This document shows positions 12,277 through 22,001 of a stretch of DNA of 64,000 nt, piece by piece. Position numbers and translations under genes: made by a program. The stretch comes from Candidatus Krumholzibacteriota bacterium (GTDB lineage: Bacteria > Krumholzibacteriota > Krumholzibacteriia > JAJRXK01). The notes beneath the pieces are model-generated. The model had not been told where the DNA came from and made no database searches. It worked only from the letters and a program-made list of their open reading frames with translations. The DNA lies in assembly GCA_963764625.1 (NCBI GenBank), contig CAVXTH010000006.1, forward strand, positions 224,001 to 288,000, in the 5' to 3' direction. The stretch's first letter is position 1, and every line of letters begins with the position of its first letter.

Positions 12277-13530
12277 TTGTCTGACCCCTCGAATCGAGCT
12301 CTAAGAGAGCTTCGTATCGGTGAGTTTGTCGCCTTGATGGCGCTGATGACCTCGCTGGTGGCGCTCTCCATCGACGGCATGTTGCCCGCGCTGGCCGCGA
12401 TCGGGGCCAACTTGGGTGCGGTTTCCGCCAACCAGACCCAGTGGGTGGTCACCGCGCTTCTGATCGGCCTGGCGGCGGGACAACTGGTCTACGGTCCTTT
12501 GAGCGATAGTGTGGGGCGCAAGGGACCGGTCCAGGTGGGTCTCGTCATTTTTGGCGTCGGCTGCCTGCTCTGCATCGTGGCCTCGGACTTTCGTACCATG
12601 CTGGCGGGCCGCTTGCTGCAGGGTCTGGGAGTGGCTGGTCCACGCAGCGTCTCCATCGCCCTGATCCGTGATCTTCACTCCGGGCGCGAGATGGCGAAGA
12701 TCATGTCCCTCATCATGTCGGTGTTCATTCTGGTGCCCATCATGGCGCCGGCCGTGGGTCAGGGAATCCTGTTGGTGTTGAATTGGCGTGGGATCTTCGG
12801 GTTCTTCCTCCTCCTCTCGCTCGTGGTGTCGGCGTGGTTCGCGCTGCGGCAGCCCGAGACCCTGCCGCGTGAACGTCGCAAGCGCTTTGCCCTGGAAGAA
12901 GCTCGGTTCGACCGCGAGTGGCGTGGTGCGCAATCAGGCCGCAATCGGCTTCACTCTGACTTCGGGGATTTCGTCCGGCGCCTTCATCGGCTATCTCAGT
13001 TCGGCCCAGCAAATCTTCCAGGACGTTTTACCATGTTGGTTCGCGCTTCGCCTTGTACTTCGGAATTTTGGCGGCCTCGATCGGCCTGGCGGCGCTGCTC
13101 AACGGACGCCTGGTCATGCGTCTGGGAATGATCCGGCTTTCCACCTGGGCTCTCCGCGCGATCTCGGCCCTTTCAGTCATCTATCTCGACGCTCTGCTAC
13201 TTCTTCCCGAACCAGGCAGGTCTGGTCTGGTTCATGGTCTACATGATCTTGACCTTCTTCTGCGTGGGAGTGCTCTTTGGAAACATGAACGCTCTGGCGA
13301 TGGAGACTCTGGGCGAGGTGGCCGGGGTGGGAGCTGCCGTCGTGGCTTCGGTGTCGCTCACCGTCTCCATCGTGTTGGGGGCAGTGATCGGTCAGAGCTT
13401 CGATGGCACCGTGGTTCCCTTGGTGGGTGGATTCGCGTTGCTCAGTCTGTGTAGCCTACCCCTCATCGCCTGGGCGGAGCGCGGTCGCGAGGCGGGAGCT
13501 GAAGTCGAGTTACGGACGCCGGTAAGCTAG
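12277..13530 (+). CDS. Bcr/CflA-family MFS drug efflux transporter (several frameshifts 12890-13240)
   Basis: EFVALMALMTSLVALSIDGMLPAL and GQLVYGPLSDSVGRK; the C-terminal half is spread over three frames. Confidence 0.85.
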
Positions 13531-13579
13531 CAGGGAAGTGTGTAGCGGAATGGAATGCAGTGTGAAGATCGCCTCGAGA

Positions 13580-14686
13580 TCAGCGAGTGCCGAAACGCGC
13601 CTTCAATTGACCGATTGATGTGGGTTCTACGGCGACCTGATTCTGCAGGATCACTCGCGCCCCATCGTAGAGAACCACGATGAGGTCGATCGGAGTTCCG
13701 TCACTGAGGGTTCCGGTGAGCTGGTTTTCGACTCCGCGCTCCTGGCTTCCCTGCAGCGTAAGCTGATGGCCGATCACCGTCAGTTGGGAGCTTCCCTGAA
13801 GTACGATCTGACCCATGTAATCGCCGCCGGAAAGAGAGATCTGGGAGAGCTTGAAGGCTGCGATGCACACGAGGGGAGAGGAGGACGACGAGCCCGCGAC
13901 GAAGTGGCCTCCCTCGATGAAGACCTGCGCTTGCTCGTCGATGCACAGCGCGCGACCGCCCGCCGCGGAGCCGGTGGAGGCTCCACCCTCGAAGCCGCCG
14001 TCGGAAATGGTGAGGGAGCCCCCGCTGAGATGAAGCGCGTCTCCACCGGTGGTCTGTCCCCTGCCACCCTGGAAGCTGCCCCCCGAGATGGTCCCGACGC
14101 CTTCGGCGTACTCCAGGGCGATGCCCCCGCTTCCGTCGAGCGCGTCGCCTCCCTGGATGGTGCCCCCGCTCAACTCCAGGGTCCCCCGCACGAACACTCC
14201 GAAGCAGCCGTGATCGGCCGTGCCGCCTCCCGCGATGAGACCGCCCGAGATGCGGCAGGAGTAGGCCGGGTCGCCGCCGATGAAATAGAGAGCGCTGGAG
14301 GTGTAGGTGCTGGTGGAATAGGCGGCGCGGATCTCCGCTCCCGGTTGCACCTCGACCTGGCAGAATGAGCTGGACAGGCCGCCGGCTCCCACGCTCCCGC
14401 CGGTTCCCTGGAGCAAACCGCCGCTGACGAGGATGGTCGATCCGCTGGCCCCGAGCACGGCCGTACCGTTGAGCAGCGGTTGCACCGAGGCGCCGGCTCC
14501 GATTTCGAGCGTGGTTCCGCTCTGTACGAATACCTGCTCCTGTTCGCTGCCCGAGAGTAGATGCGAGCCACCGTCGGCGTAGATCACGGCTCCTGCGTCC
14601 GGGCCGCCGAGAGCTTCGAGGAGCACAAAAAGAACGGTCGCAACCAGCAGCGGGAGGGAATCCGCCGCGCGCCTTCTGGGGAACAT
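13580..14686 (-). CDS. Secreted Gly-rich, probable beta-solenoid protein with SIGQLKARF tail
   Basis: Signal peptide from ATG 14686; repeated (I/L)SGGx(I/F)xGG units; ends LTGTLSDGTPI...VAVEPTSIGQLKARFGTR. Confidence 0.7.
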   Translation of the reverse strand: MFPRRRAADSLPLLVATVLFVLLEALGGPDAGAVIYADGGSHLLSGSEQEQVFVQSGTTLEIGAGASVQPLLNGTAVLGASGSTILVSGGLLQGTGGSVGAGGLSSSFCQVEVQPGAEIRAAYSTSTYTSSALYFIGGDPAYSCRISGGLIAGGGTADHGCFGVFVRGTLELSGGTIQGGDALDGSGGIALEYAEGVGTISGGSFQGGRGQTTGGDALHLSGGSLTISDGGFEGGASTGSAAGGRALCIDEQAQVFIEGGHFVAGSSSSSPLVCIAAFKLSQISLSGGDYMGQIVLQGSSQLTVIGHQLTLQGSQERGVENQLTGTLSDGTPIDLIVVLYDGARVILQNQVAVEPTSIGQLKARFGTR

Positions 14687-14917
14687 CGGGTGCCTCCCAG
14701 TCGAGGATAGCCAGCGCCACGGAGGGCAGTGTATACCCGGCCAAGAGGTAGGGGAAGTACCAAGCGCGGCACAATCCCCTGGAAATCGAACGACCGGGCG
14801 GGCTACACTGAGAGAGTAGGAGACGCCCCGGTTCTGGTTCCGGTCGGCTCCGGCGAATCGGCAGAGTTCTCCTGCCGGAGCCCACAACTCATCCTCCTGT
14901 CCGTACGAGGTGCGCCC

Positions 14918-15424
14918 ATGAGAGCCTTGCGATTTGTATCCCCGCTAGTTGTTCTGATCGCGCTTTGGAGTATGTCCGCGTCGGCGCAGGTCGTCGAATT
15001 CCCGCCGAGTTGGCAGGGAATATGGAATGAGAACGTGGTGATGAAAGACTGCGAAACGGGCACGGTGCTAGGGAGCTATGCACAACTCGATACGATTTGC
15101 CCCGGGAACAGCATCGGAGATACCGGCGACGTCTGTACGGGTACGATCACCGACACCGCCATCGATGTGACCTGCTCATGGTCGGAGGAGGTTTTTCCCG
15201 GTTGCACGGTCAGCTTCCAGTCCGTGACGACTGGTACCAAGAGTGGTAACTCGATTTCGGGGAGCACCGAGACCAGTACGAGTTATACGGCCGGATGTGG
15301 GTTGCCCGACACCTGTATTCGCGAGGAGATCACGGGCACCTTCGTCAGTGTCGCGGATGAAGCGGCATGCCCGAGTGTCGCGACCCCACCTGCCAGCTGG
15401 GGCGTGCTGAAATCGAGGTATTGA
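14918..15424 (+). CDS. Secreted Cys-rich hypothetical protein with SWGVLKSRY tail
   Basis: RBS gagg, signal peptide ending ASA/Q, 8 Cys, tail VATPPASWGVLKSRY. Confidence 0.75.
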   Translation: MRALRFVSPLVVLIALWSMSASAQVVEFPPSWQGIWNENVVMKDCETGTVLGSYAQLDTICPGNSIGDTGDVCTGTITDTAIDVTCSWSEEVFPGCTVSFQSVTTGTKSGNSISGSTETSTSYTAGCGLPDTCIREEITGTFVSVADEAACPSVATPPASWGVLKSRY

Positions 15425-15468
15425 GGGGCCAAGAATCACACAGATTCGGGTCTTCACGCCCTCTTCAC

Positions 15469-15497
15469 TTGAAATTCGCGGCCAGAGGGTGTGTAAT
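15469..15497 (+). promoter_or_regulatory. Putative sigma70 promoter
   Basis: TTGAAA-N17-TGTAAT about 110 nt upstream of ATG 15605. Confidence 0.45.
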
Positions 15498-15604
15498 GAG
15501 CAGAGAACAGGCTCATCGAGCGAAGTCGGGAATGCTCTCTCGACTGATGCTCCAGCCTGCAAACCCCTCGTTTTTCTCGAAGAGACAACATGGGAGCTGA
15601 CACA

Positions 15605-16318
15605 ATGAAGCGTATGCTATCGATTTCTCTTTTCACCGCCGTGGCTCTTCTGGCCGTGGCGAGCCTGGCCTTTGGCCAGTCCTACCAGGATATCCATGGC
15701 GTAGGCACTGACGGATGCGCGCCCTCACCCCTGGATGGCACATCCGTCTCCGTCACGGGAATCGTGTACGTGGTGCCCGGAGTCTACAACGCAGGATCAG
15801 TCTATTGGCAGGCGGCTGGCGGCGGAGCTGGCGGGTGCACTCTGTTCGATTCGAGCCTGGCTGGTGTCGTCAGCGAAGGCGATGAGATCAACGTCACTGG
15901 AGATGTCTCGTTCTTTGGTGCCGAAATCGAGCTCATCAATACGGTGGTGACCGTAGTGACCAACGGCAATGCAATCGTCTCGACTCCAATCGCAACCGGC
16001 GATTTGGCCGCCGGCACGGACCTGTTGGGTGATTTCCTGCAGGTCACTGGCACCTTGGCGCTGGTGAGCACGGGCTTTAATAGCACCTACACCGTCGATG
16101 ACGGAAGCGGTCCCGTGACCGTCTTCATCGATGGCACGACGCTGATCGACACCGCGACCACCTTGGATCCCTACTTGGGAGACATCGTCACGGTGAAGGG
16201 CTCGACCAAGTGCTTCAACGGTGAAGGTGAGCTTCTGCCTCGCCGCGACGCGGATATCACTCTGACCGCGGTTCCCGCTCCGACGAGCACCTGGGGTTCG
16301 CTGAAGGCGCAGTTCTAG
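15605..16318 (+). CDS. Secreted protein with two OB-fold-like repeats and TWGSLKAQF tail
   Basis: Signal peptide; SPLDGTSVSVTGIV, GDEINVTGDV, YTVDDGSGPV and ELLPRRDADI resemble OB domains of extracellular nucleases. Confidence 0.75.
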   Translation: MKRMLSISLFTAVALLAVASLAFGQSYQDIHGVGTDGCAPSPLDGTSVSVTGIVYVVPGVYNAGSVYWQAAGGGAGGCTLFDSSLAGVVSEGDEINVTGDVSFFGAEIELINTVVTVVTNGNAIVSTPIATGDLAAGTDLLGDFLQVTGTLALVSTGFNSTYTVDDGSGPVTVFIDGTTLIDTATTLDPYLGDIVTVKGSTKCFNGEGELLPRRDADITLTAVPAPTSTWGSLKAQF

Positions 16319-16344
16319 AGTCTATTGCGCAATCGGATGGAACA

Positions 16345-16383
16345 AGATCGGGGGCGCTTCGCGCGTCCCCGATTTTTCGTTTC
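16345..16383 (+). terminator. Intrinsic terminator
   Basis: atcgggggcgc-ttcgc-gcgtccccgat hairpin followed by a T-rich tract. Confidence 0.7.
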
Positions 16384-16412
16384 TGCTGCGGTGGGGTTCG
16401 GCTGTCCCAGAT

Positions 16413-16853
16413 TCAGTGCTTCTCGGGCGTGGCCAGACTATCGGCTTGTGCCGCTTCGGACAGCTTTTCTTCGATCATTTCCCTGAGTTGCGCCCGCGAG
16501 GCCTCTTGCTCGTCGACCGTTCCTTCGATCACGATCGCAAACCCGATCGAGCCCAAGAGAACCGACCCAAGGGTGGGGAAATTCTCATCGCGCACTTCGG
16601 CGATGAGCGGGGTGAGCATACTTGTGATGAGCAGGATTGCCCCGGTCAACAGTTGGGAGTCTGCCGCGTGGCGCGCTTCGGCGAAGCTCAACTGATGGGC
16701 TGCCGCGACCTTCTGGAGACGTTTCACGCGCGCTTCAGGGGTGTTGGGTAGAGGCTCGTCCGTGCGCGCGAGGGCCGGCATGGGCAGACACTGCCACAGG
16801 AAAAGAGCCAAGAGGGAGCACGCCCCAAGTCTTCTCATTCGCGTCATCTTCAC
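16413..16853 (-). CDS. Hypothetical membrane protein
   Basis: Signal-like N-terminus and two hydrophobic segments; fills the intergenic gap. Confidence 0.55.
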   Translation of the reverse strand: MKMTRMRRLGACSLLALFLWQCLPMPALARTDEPLPNTPEARVKRLQKVAAAHQLSFAEARHAADSQLLTGAILLITSMLTPLIAEVRDENFPTLGSVLLGSIGFAIVIEGTVDEQEASRAQLREMIEEKLSEAAQADSLATPEKH

Positions 16854-16998
16854 AACCTCGATCGGATTCCCGGCACATTGCTAGGGATCACTTGACAGTA
16901 GGCGATCGCGAAGCCTTAATAAAGCGCGAATCAAGCGTTGATTTTGCCCCGAGAATTCGGGATTTCCCCACTCTACCCCTTCCCACAGGAGGCCAGGA

Positions 16999-18776
16999 AT
17001 GTCCCGCGTGGATCCACATTCATACACTGACATCGACCAGGGCCGCGTTCACTCGATCGCGATCGACTGGATGGTCGATTTTGCCACGCGGCGTCTGCGC
17101 GGAGAGGTCACGCTTAAACTGGAAGGGGCCAAGGGCGGAATCCTGGATCTGGACACGCGCGAACTCGAGATCGAGAGCGTGAAGGGGCCCAAGGGCGAGG
17201 CTCTCGGCTGGGAGCTGGGCGAGCGGGAATCCTTCATGGGTCAACGGCTCCGCATCGAGCTGCCCAAAGGCAGTGAATCGGTCACCATCACCTACCAGAC
17301 CTCCCAAGAGGCCAGCGCCCTGCAGTGGCTCGAGCCAGCCAACACGGCCGGAAAAGTGCATCCCTATCTCTTCAGCCAGTGCCAGCCCCACCACGCGCGC
17401 AGCATGCTGCCCCTGCAGGACAGCGCCAGCGTGCGCTTCAGCTATCAGGCGAAAGTCGAGGTGCCGGAGGCGCTGGTGGCGGTCATGTCGGCCGCACCGG
17501 GAGAGAGCGCAAAGGGGGACAAGGGCCGCAAGGTCTATCACTTCGAGATGCCGCAGCCGATTCCCGGTTATCTTTTGGCGCTCGCTGTGGGAAACATCGC
17601 CAATCGCGACCTGGGTCCCCGCTCGCGCGTCTACACCGAACCGGAGATGCTCGACGCCGCGGCCTGGGAGTTTGAGAGTGTCGACTCCATGCTGCAGAAG
17701 GCGGAGGCGCTGTTCGGGCCCTATCGCTGGGAGCGCTACGACTTCTTGGTGATGCCGCCGGCCTTTCCCTACGGGGGCATGGAGAATCCGCGTCTGACCT
17801 TCTTGACCCCCTCGCTTCTGGCGGGCGACCGGAGTCTGGTGAACGTGCTGGCGCACGAACTGGCGCACTCCTGGACCGGCAATCTCATCACTAACGCCAC
17901 AATGAACGACTTCTGGCTCAACGAGGGTTTCACGGTGTGGGCCGAGCGGCGCATCCTGGAAGCGCTCGAAGGGGAGGAGGCGGTTTCGCTCTCGGCCGCG
18001 ATCGGCCGGGCCGATCTGGAAGAGGCCATCGAGGACTTCGGCAAGGGCTCGCCGCTCACGCGTCTCAAGAACGATCTCTCCGGTGTCGATCCCGACGAGA
18101 TCTACAGCGTGGTGCCTTACGAGAAGGGCTGCCTCTTCGTGCAGTTGCTCGAGCGTACGGTGGGAAGGGAGAAGTTGGATTCCTTCATGCGCAAGTACAT
18201 GGACCGCTTCGAATTCACCAGCATCACCACCGAGGATTTCCTGGCGTTCTTAGACGAGCAACTTCCCGGAACGGCGGAAAAGGTGGAGGCGAAGAAGTGG
18301 ATCTACGAAGCCAAACGTTCCCGCCAACGAGCCGCCGTTTTCTTCCCCGCGGCGCGAGGAATTGCAGCGCTTGGGCAAAGCTTCACCAAGGGCGAGCGGC
18401 CCGATCCCGCGAAGGCCAAGAAATGGCGCATCGACGAGTGGCTGGTGTGGTTCGCGGCGCTGCCCGACCAAGCTCTCCACAGGAAGACTGCGACTGGCTG
18501 GAAAGCACCTTCTCCTTCAACGAGAGCGGCAACGCCGAGATCCTGAACAAGTGGCTCGCGATCGCCGCCAGCTCGTCCTACGAGCCCAGCTACGAGAAAT
18601 TGCGCGACTTCTTGGGGACCTTCGGGCGCATGAAGTACCTCAAGCCGCTCTACAAGGCCATGTACGAGAACCCGGACACCAAGGATCTCGCGCTGTCGAT
18701 TTTCGATGAGCACAAGGATCTCTATCATCCCATCGCGCGCGCCGGCCTGGAGAGCATCCTGAAGCTGAGCAAGTAA
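16999..18776 (+). CDS. M1-family aminopeptidase, leukotriene A4 hydrolase-like (frameshifts 18310-18490)
   Basis: DPHSY, FPYGGMEN, HELAHSWTGN, WLNEG, VPYEKG; C-terminal GRMKYLKPLY lies in another frame. Confidence 0.92.
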
Positions 18777-18824
18777 TTAGCCGCATTGCCTGAATGAGAC
18801 CGCGAAGCGGGCCGGAGGAATCGA

Positions 18825-20200
18825 GTGAAGACCATCATCGAGCCGTTCAAGATCAAGTCGGTCGAACCCATCCGGATGACCACGAAGGAGGAAAGGGAGA
18901 AGATCTTGGCCGAGGCCGGCTGGAATCCCTTTCTGGTGCACGCCGACGACGTCTTGATCGATCTCTTGACCGACAGCGGGACCTCCGCGATGAGTGCGAA
19001 GCAGTGGGCGGCGATCATGCAGGGTGATGAAGCCTACGCGTGCAGTCGTTCCTTCTACCGTTTCGAAGTGGCGGTCAAGGACATCATGGGCTTCAAGTAC
19101 GTCATTCCCACCCACCAGGGCCGTGCGGCCGAGCGCATTCTCTTCAGCATTTTGTGCGACGAGAACTCGGTGGTGCCCAACAACACGCACTTCGACACCA
19201 CGCGGGCCAACATCGAGTTTCGCGGGGCCAAGGCGGTCGACGTCGTCATCGATGTGGCGAACGTACCCAGCGAGGTTCATCCCTTCAAAGGGAACGTCGA
19301 TCTCGAGAAACTGCGCGGGGTCATCGAAAAGTACGGCAAGGATCGCATTCCGGCCGTGATGATCACGGTGACGAACAACTCGGGCGGCGGCCAGCCGGTG
19401 AGCATGGCCAACATCAAGGCGGTGCGCGCAGTCTGCGACGAGTTCGGACTGCCTCTGTACTTCGACGCCTGCCGCTTCGCCGAGAACGCCTACTTCATCA
19501 AGCTGCGTGAAGAGGGCTATGCCGACAAGACGGTGAAGGCGATCGCCCAGGAGATGTTCTCCTACGCCGACGGCTGCACCATGAGCGCGAAAAAGGACGC
19601 GCTGGTGAACATCGGCGGTTTTTTGTGTACGAACGACGACCTTCTGGCGCGCCAGGAGCGGGATCTATTGATCCTCACCGAGGGCTTTCCCACCTACGGC
19701 GGATTGGCGGGGCGCGATCTGGAGGCGATGGCGCAGGGACTGCAAGAGGTGCTCGAAGAGGACTACTTGCAGTACCGCATCGCGAGCACGCGCTATCTGG
19801 GCGACCGTATTTCGGCCGCCGGGCGTGCCCATCATGCAGCCGCCGGGCGGGCACGCGATTTACATCGACGCCAAGGGAATGCTCCCGCATCTGGAGCCCC
19901 TGCAATACCCCGGTCAGGCCCTGACCTGCGAGCTGTATCTGGAAGGCGGCATCCGCGCGGTGGAAATCGGCTCGGTGATGTTCGCGTCGAAGGACGAGAA
20001 GACCGGCGCGGAGCTACCCGCCCCGATGGAACTGGTACGCCTGGCGATTCCGCGGCGGGTGTACACCCAGAGCCACATCGACTACGTCATCGAGGTCATT
20101 CTCGCGCTCTAACGAGCGGCGCGATTCCATTCGCGGCATGCGCATCGTGGAGCAGGCGCCGTTCTTGCGCCACTTCAGCGCCAAGTTCGAGTGGCTGTAG
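18825..20200 (+). CDS. tnaA: Tryptophanase (frameshifts near 19822 and 20110)
   Basis: [14 protein letters not shown] and PLP motif MSAKKD; RAVEIG and LRHFSA match tryptophanase rather than tyrosine phenol-lyase (MERG, LRFF). Confidence 0.88.
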
Positions 20201-20221
20201 GGGCGTTCAACCCGGGTAGAA

Positions 20222-20250
20222 GTATACCCGGGTAGACAATTCTGCGGTCG
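20222..20250 (+). repeat. Direct repeat copy 1 with near-palindromic TATACCCGGGTAGA core
   Basis: gtatacccgggtagacaattctgc matches 21062-21085 at 23 of 24 nt; a partial copy lies at 20209-20220. Confidence 0.75.
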
Positions 20251-20298
20251 ACAATTGTGCTCTCCTCGCGATCGACAGGCGCGGGAATCGTATCGTAA

Positions 20299-20961
20299 TC
20301 AGTACCAGGACTTCAGCGTGCCCATGGTGCAGGTGGGGGCGGGATCGGGGTAGATGATCCCCGCCTCATCATCACCACCCGCGATCATCTACTGGTGGAA
20401 GCCCGAATTATGTACGGAACATGCAGTGTAGCCAAGAGCTCCGGATATGGGGTCAGTAGCCGTGAGCCGGACGAGAAAAAAGAAACTTAATGCAACTTCC
20501 TCGACCACATCGAAGCTGCCGAGTACGATCAAACCATCAGAGGATATGCAGTCCGGCGGTGTCACGTCGAAGGTGATTTGCTCAGCTTCGAAGGGATCAT
20601 CCCGGTTCAGAGTAAACGCGTAGTTCGTTCCCTCGGGAAAGTGCGGAGTGATGAGACTATGGTCTGGAATACGCAAGCCCAAGGAGTAGTCAGCCACATC
20701 TCCGGGGAGATTGTTGGCCACAACGTAGGCCGTGAAGCCATCGCGGCCGTACTCATCCCTCCAATAGTATTCCTGACCACATTCCTCACCGGGATTGCAG
20801 AACGTTATGTAGCGCGCCGTACCCTCGGGATTCAGGTAAATCCCGATCTCACCCGAGGCGGGCTGTGCTAGGGCGGAGACCCCAGTCGCAAGTGAGAGGA
20901 CGAGGACGATGGGGAGGATAAGAACGAAGTCGAGGCGCACTCGCGTGGAGGGAATGACCAT
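20299..20961 (-). CDS. Secreted hypothetical protein with TMGTLKSWY tail, interrupted by an in-frame TAG at 20389-20391
   Basis: Signal peptide from ATG 20961; after the TAG the same frame reads MIAGGDDEAGIIYPDPAPTCTMGTLKSWY*. Confidence 0.65.
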
Positions 20962-21061
20962 GGTACGAACTCCAGCGCTGGATTCTCGATGGGAGCCAGC
21001 TCGTTTCGAGTGTACCACTCCCTGCACACGCGACGGCAGGTGAAAGGACCGAGGTTGACCT

Positions 21062-21126
21062 GTATACCCGGGTAGACGATTCTGCTGGTCACGCGATCCC
21101 GGGTACAATTTATAGCCGGCTATAAA
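21062..21126 (+). repeat. Direct repeat copy 2 plus further palindromes
   Basis: gtatacccgggtagacgattctgc, then cccgggtacaatt, then the perfect 18-bp palindrome TTTATAGCCGGCTATAAA at 21109-21126. Confidence 0.75.
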
Positions 21127-21345
21127 AATGGATGCGCCCATCGATCGAGTTTGGCTGTGACATTCACGGATTGCCTCCGAACGCCCCTCGGTGCTCCGGA
21201 CTGTCCCGGATTCGGGACAGCGGACAGCGACTGTCAACCGCTGGGGATATCTCAGGACGGACGATCGGATCCATCGATCACCTTGAGCTAGGGTTTCGAC
21301 ACGCTCTGAAAGCTGGAGCACGTACCCTGCTCTACGGCATCCCCC

Positions 21346-21978
21346 ATGCATCTTCAGGACGGATCGCCTCCCTGGGAGAGGCTGCAGGTGGCTCGTGCCG
21401 TCGCCCTTGCCTTCATTCTCTATCTCGGATGTCTTGCCGCCTGCAGTGGAGCGCCCACCCACGAGCTTCCCGCGGCTCCCTCTCGAAGTGAGCGGGATGG
21501 GGCGGACTCTCTCACGGGAGTGGATCCTCAAGAGCCGCTCCCCGCCGATCCTCAGCTGGAGGAGTTTTTCTGGCGCGCGCAATTTCTGCTGCGGCGCCTC
21601 TCCGCGCATGCGTCCACTCGCGAAGAGATGCAGCGAGCGTTGCGAGCGGGTCCGGCGGGATTTGCGCATCTGGTGCGAATGTCGCCCGCTGAGCTCAGCG
21701 GGCGGATGGACACCCTGCGCTGGCAGGGCGCCGTTCTCTTGCGGCGCTACCCTGAGCTATCCGCCTGTCTCTTGGAGATCGAGCGGGAGGAGGGGCCACC
21801 CTGTGATCCCAGCGACGCGGTCGAGCTGGTGCAGGATATGGCCCCGCACGCACGCGTGAGACTACGACGGGACGATCTGCCCTACGTGGCTTCCCTCATC
21901 CTGAGTGCGGCGACCGGGAATCCTATTCTCTACTTTGTGGGTTCAGCGTTGGCGACACGCAGGTGGGGAGGGGGCTGA
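21346..21978 (+). CDS. Hypothetical lipoprotein
   Basis: Hydrophobic stretch with LAAC lipobox; hydrophobic C-terminus. Confidence 0.5.
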   Translation: MHLQDGSPPWERLQVARAVALAFILYLGCLAACSGAPTHELPAAPSRSERDGADSLTGVDPQEPLPADPQLEEFFWRAQFLLRRLSAHASTREEMQRALRAGPAGFAHLVRMSPAELSGRMDTLRWQGAVLLRRYPELSACLLEIEREEGPPCDPSDAVELVQDMAPHARVRLRRDDLPYVASLILSAATGNPILYFVGSALATRRWGGG

Positions 21979-22001
21979 AGACTTCGCGCGGTCGAAGAAC
22001 T

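Noticed and set aside
14730-14740. tgtatacccgg as a third copy of the cassette repeat
   Set aside because: Only 11 nt match and the palindrome is incomplete; it is more simply a -10 region for the minus-strand gene
20209-21126. CRISPR array or integron attC sites
   Set aside because: Only two full copies 840 nt apart, no regular spacers, no cas or intI genes, no RYYYAAC/GTTRRRY ends
20962-21669. N-terminal extension of ORF 20389..21669
   Set aside because: The signal peptide starts at ATG 20961; the extension crosses the repeats and overlaps the opposite-strand gene
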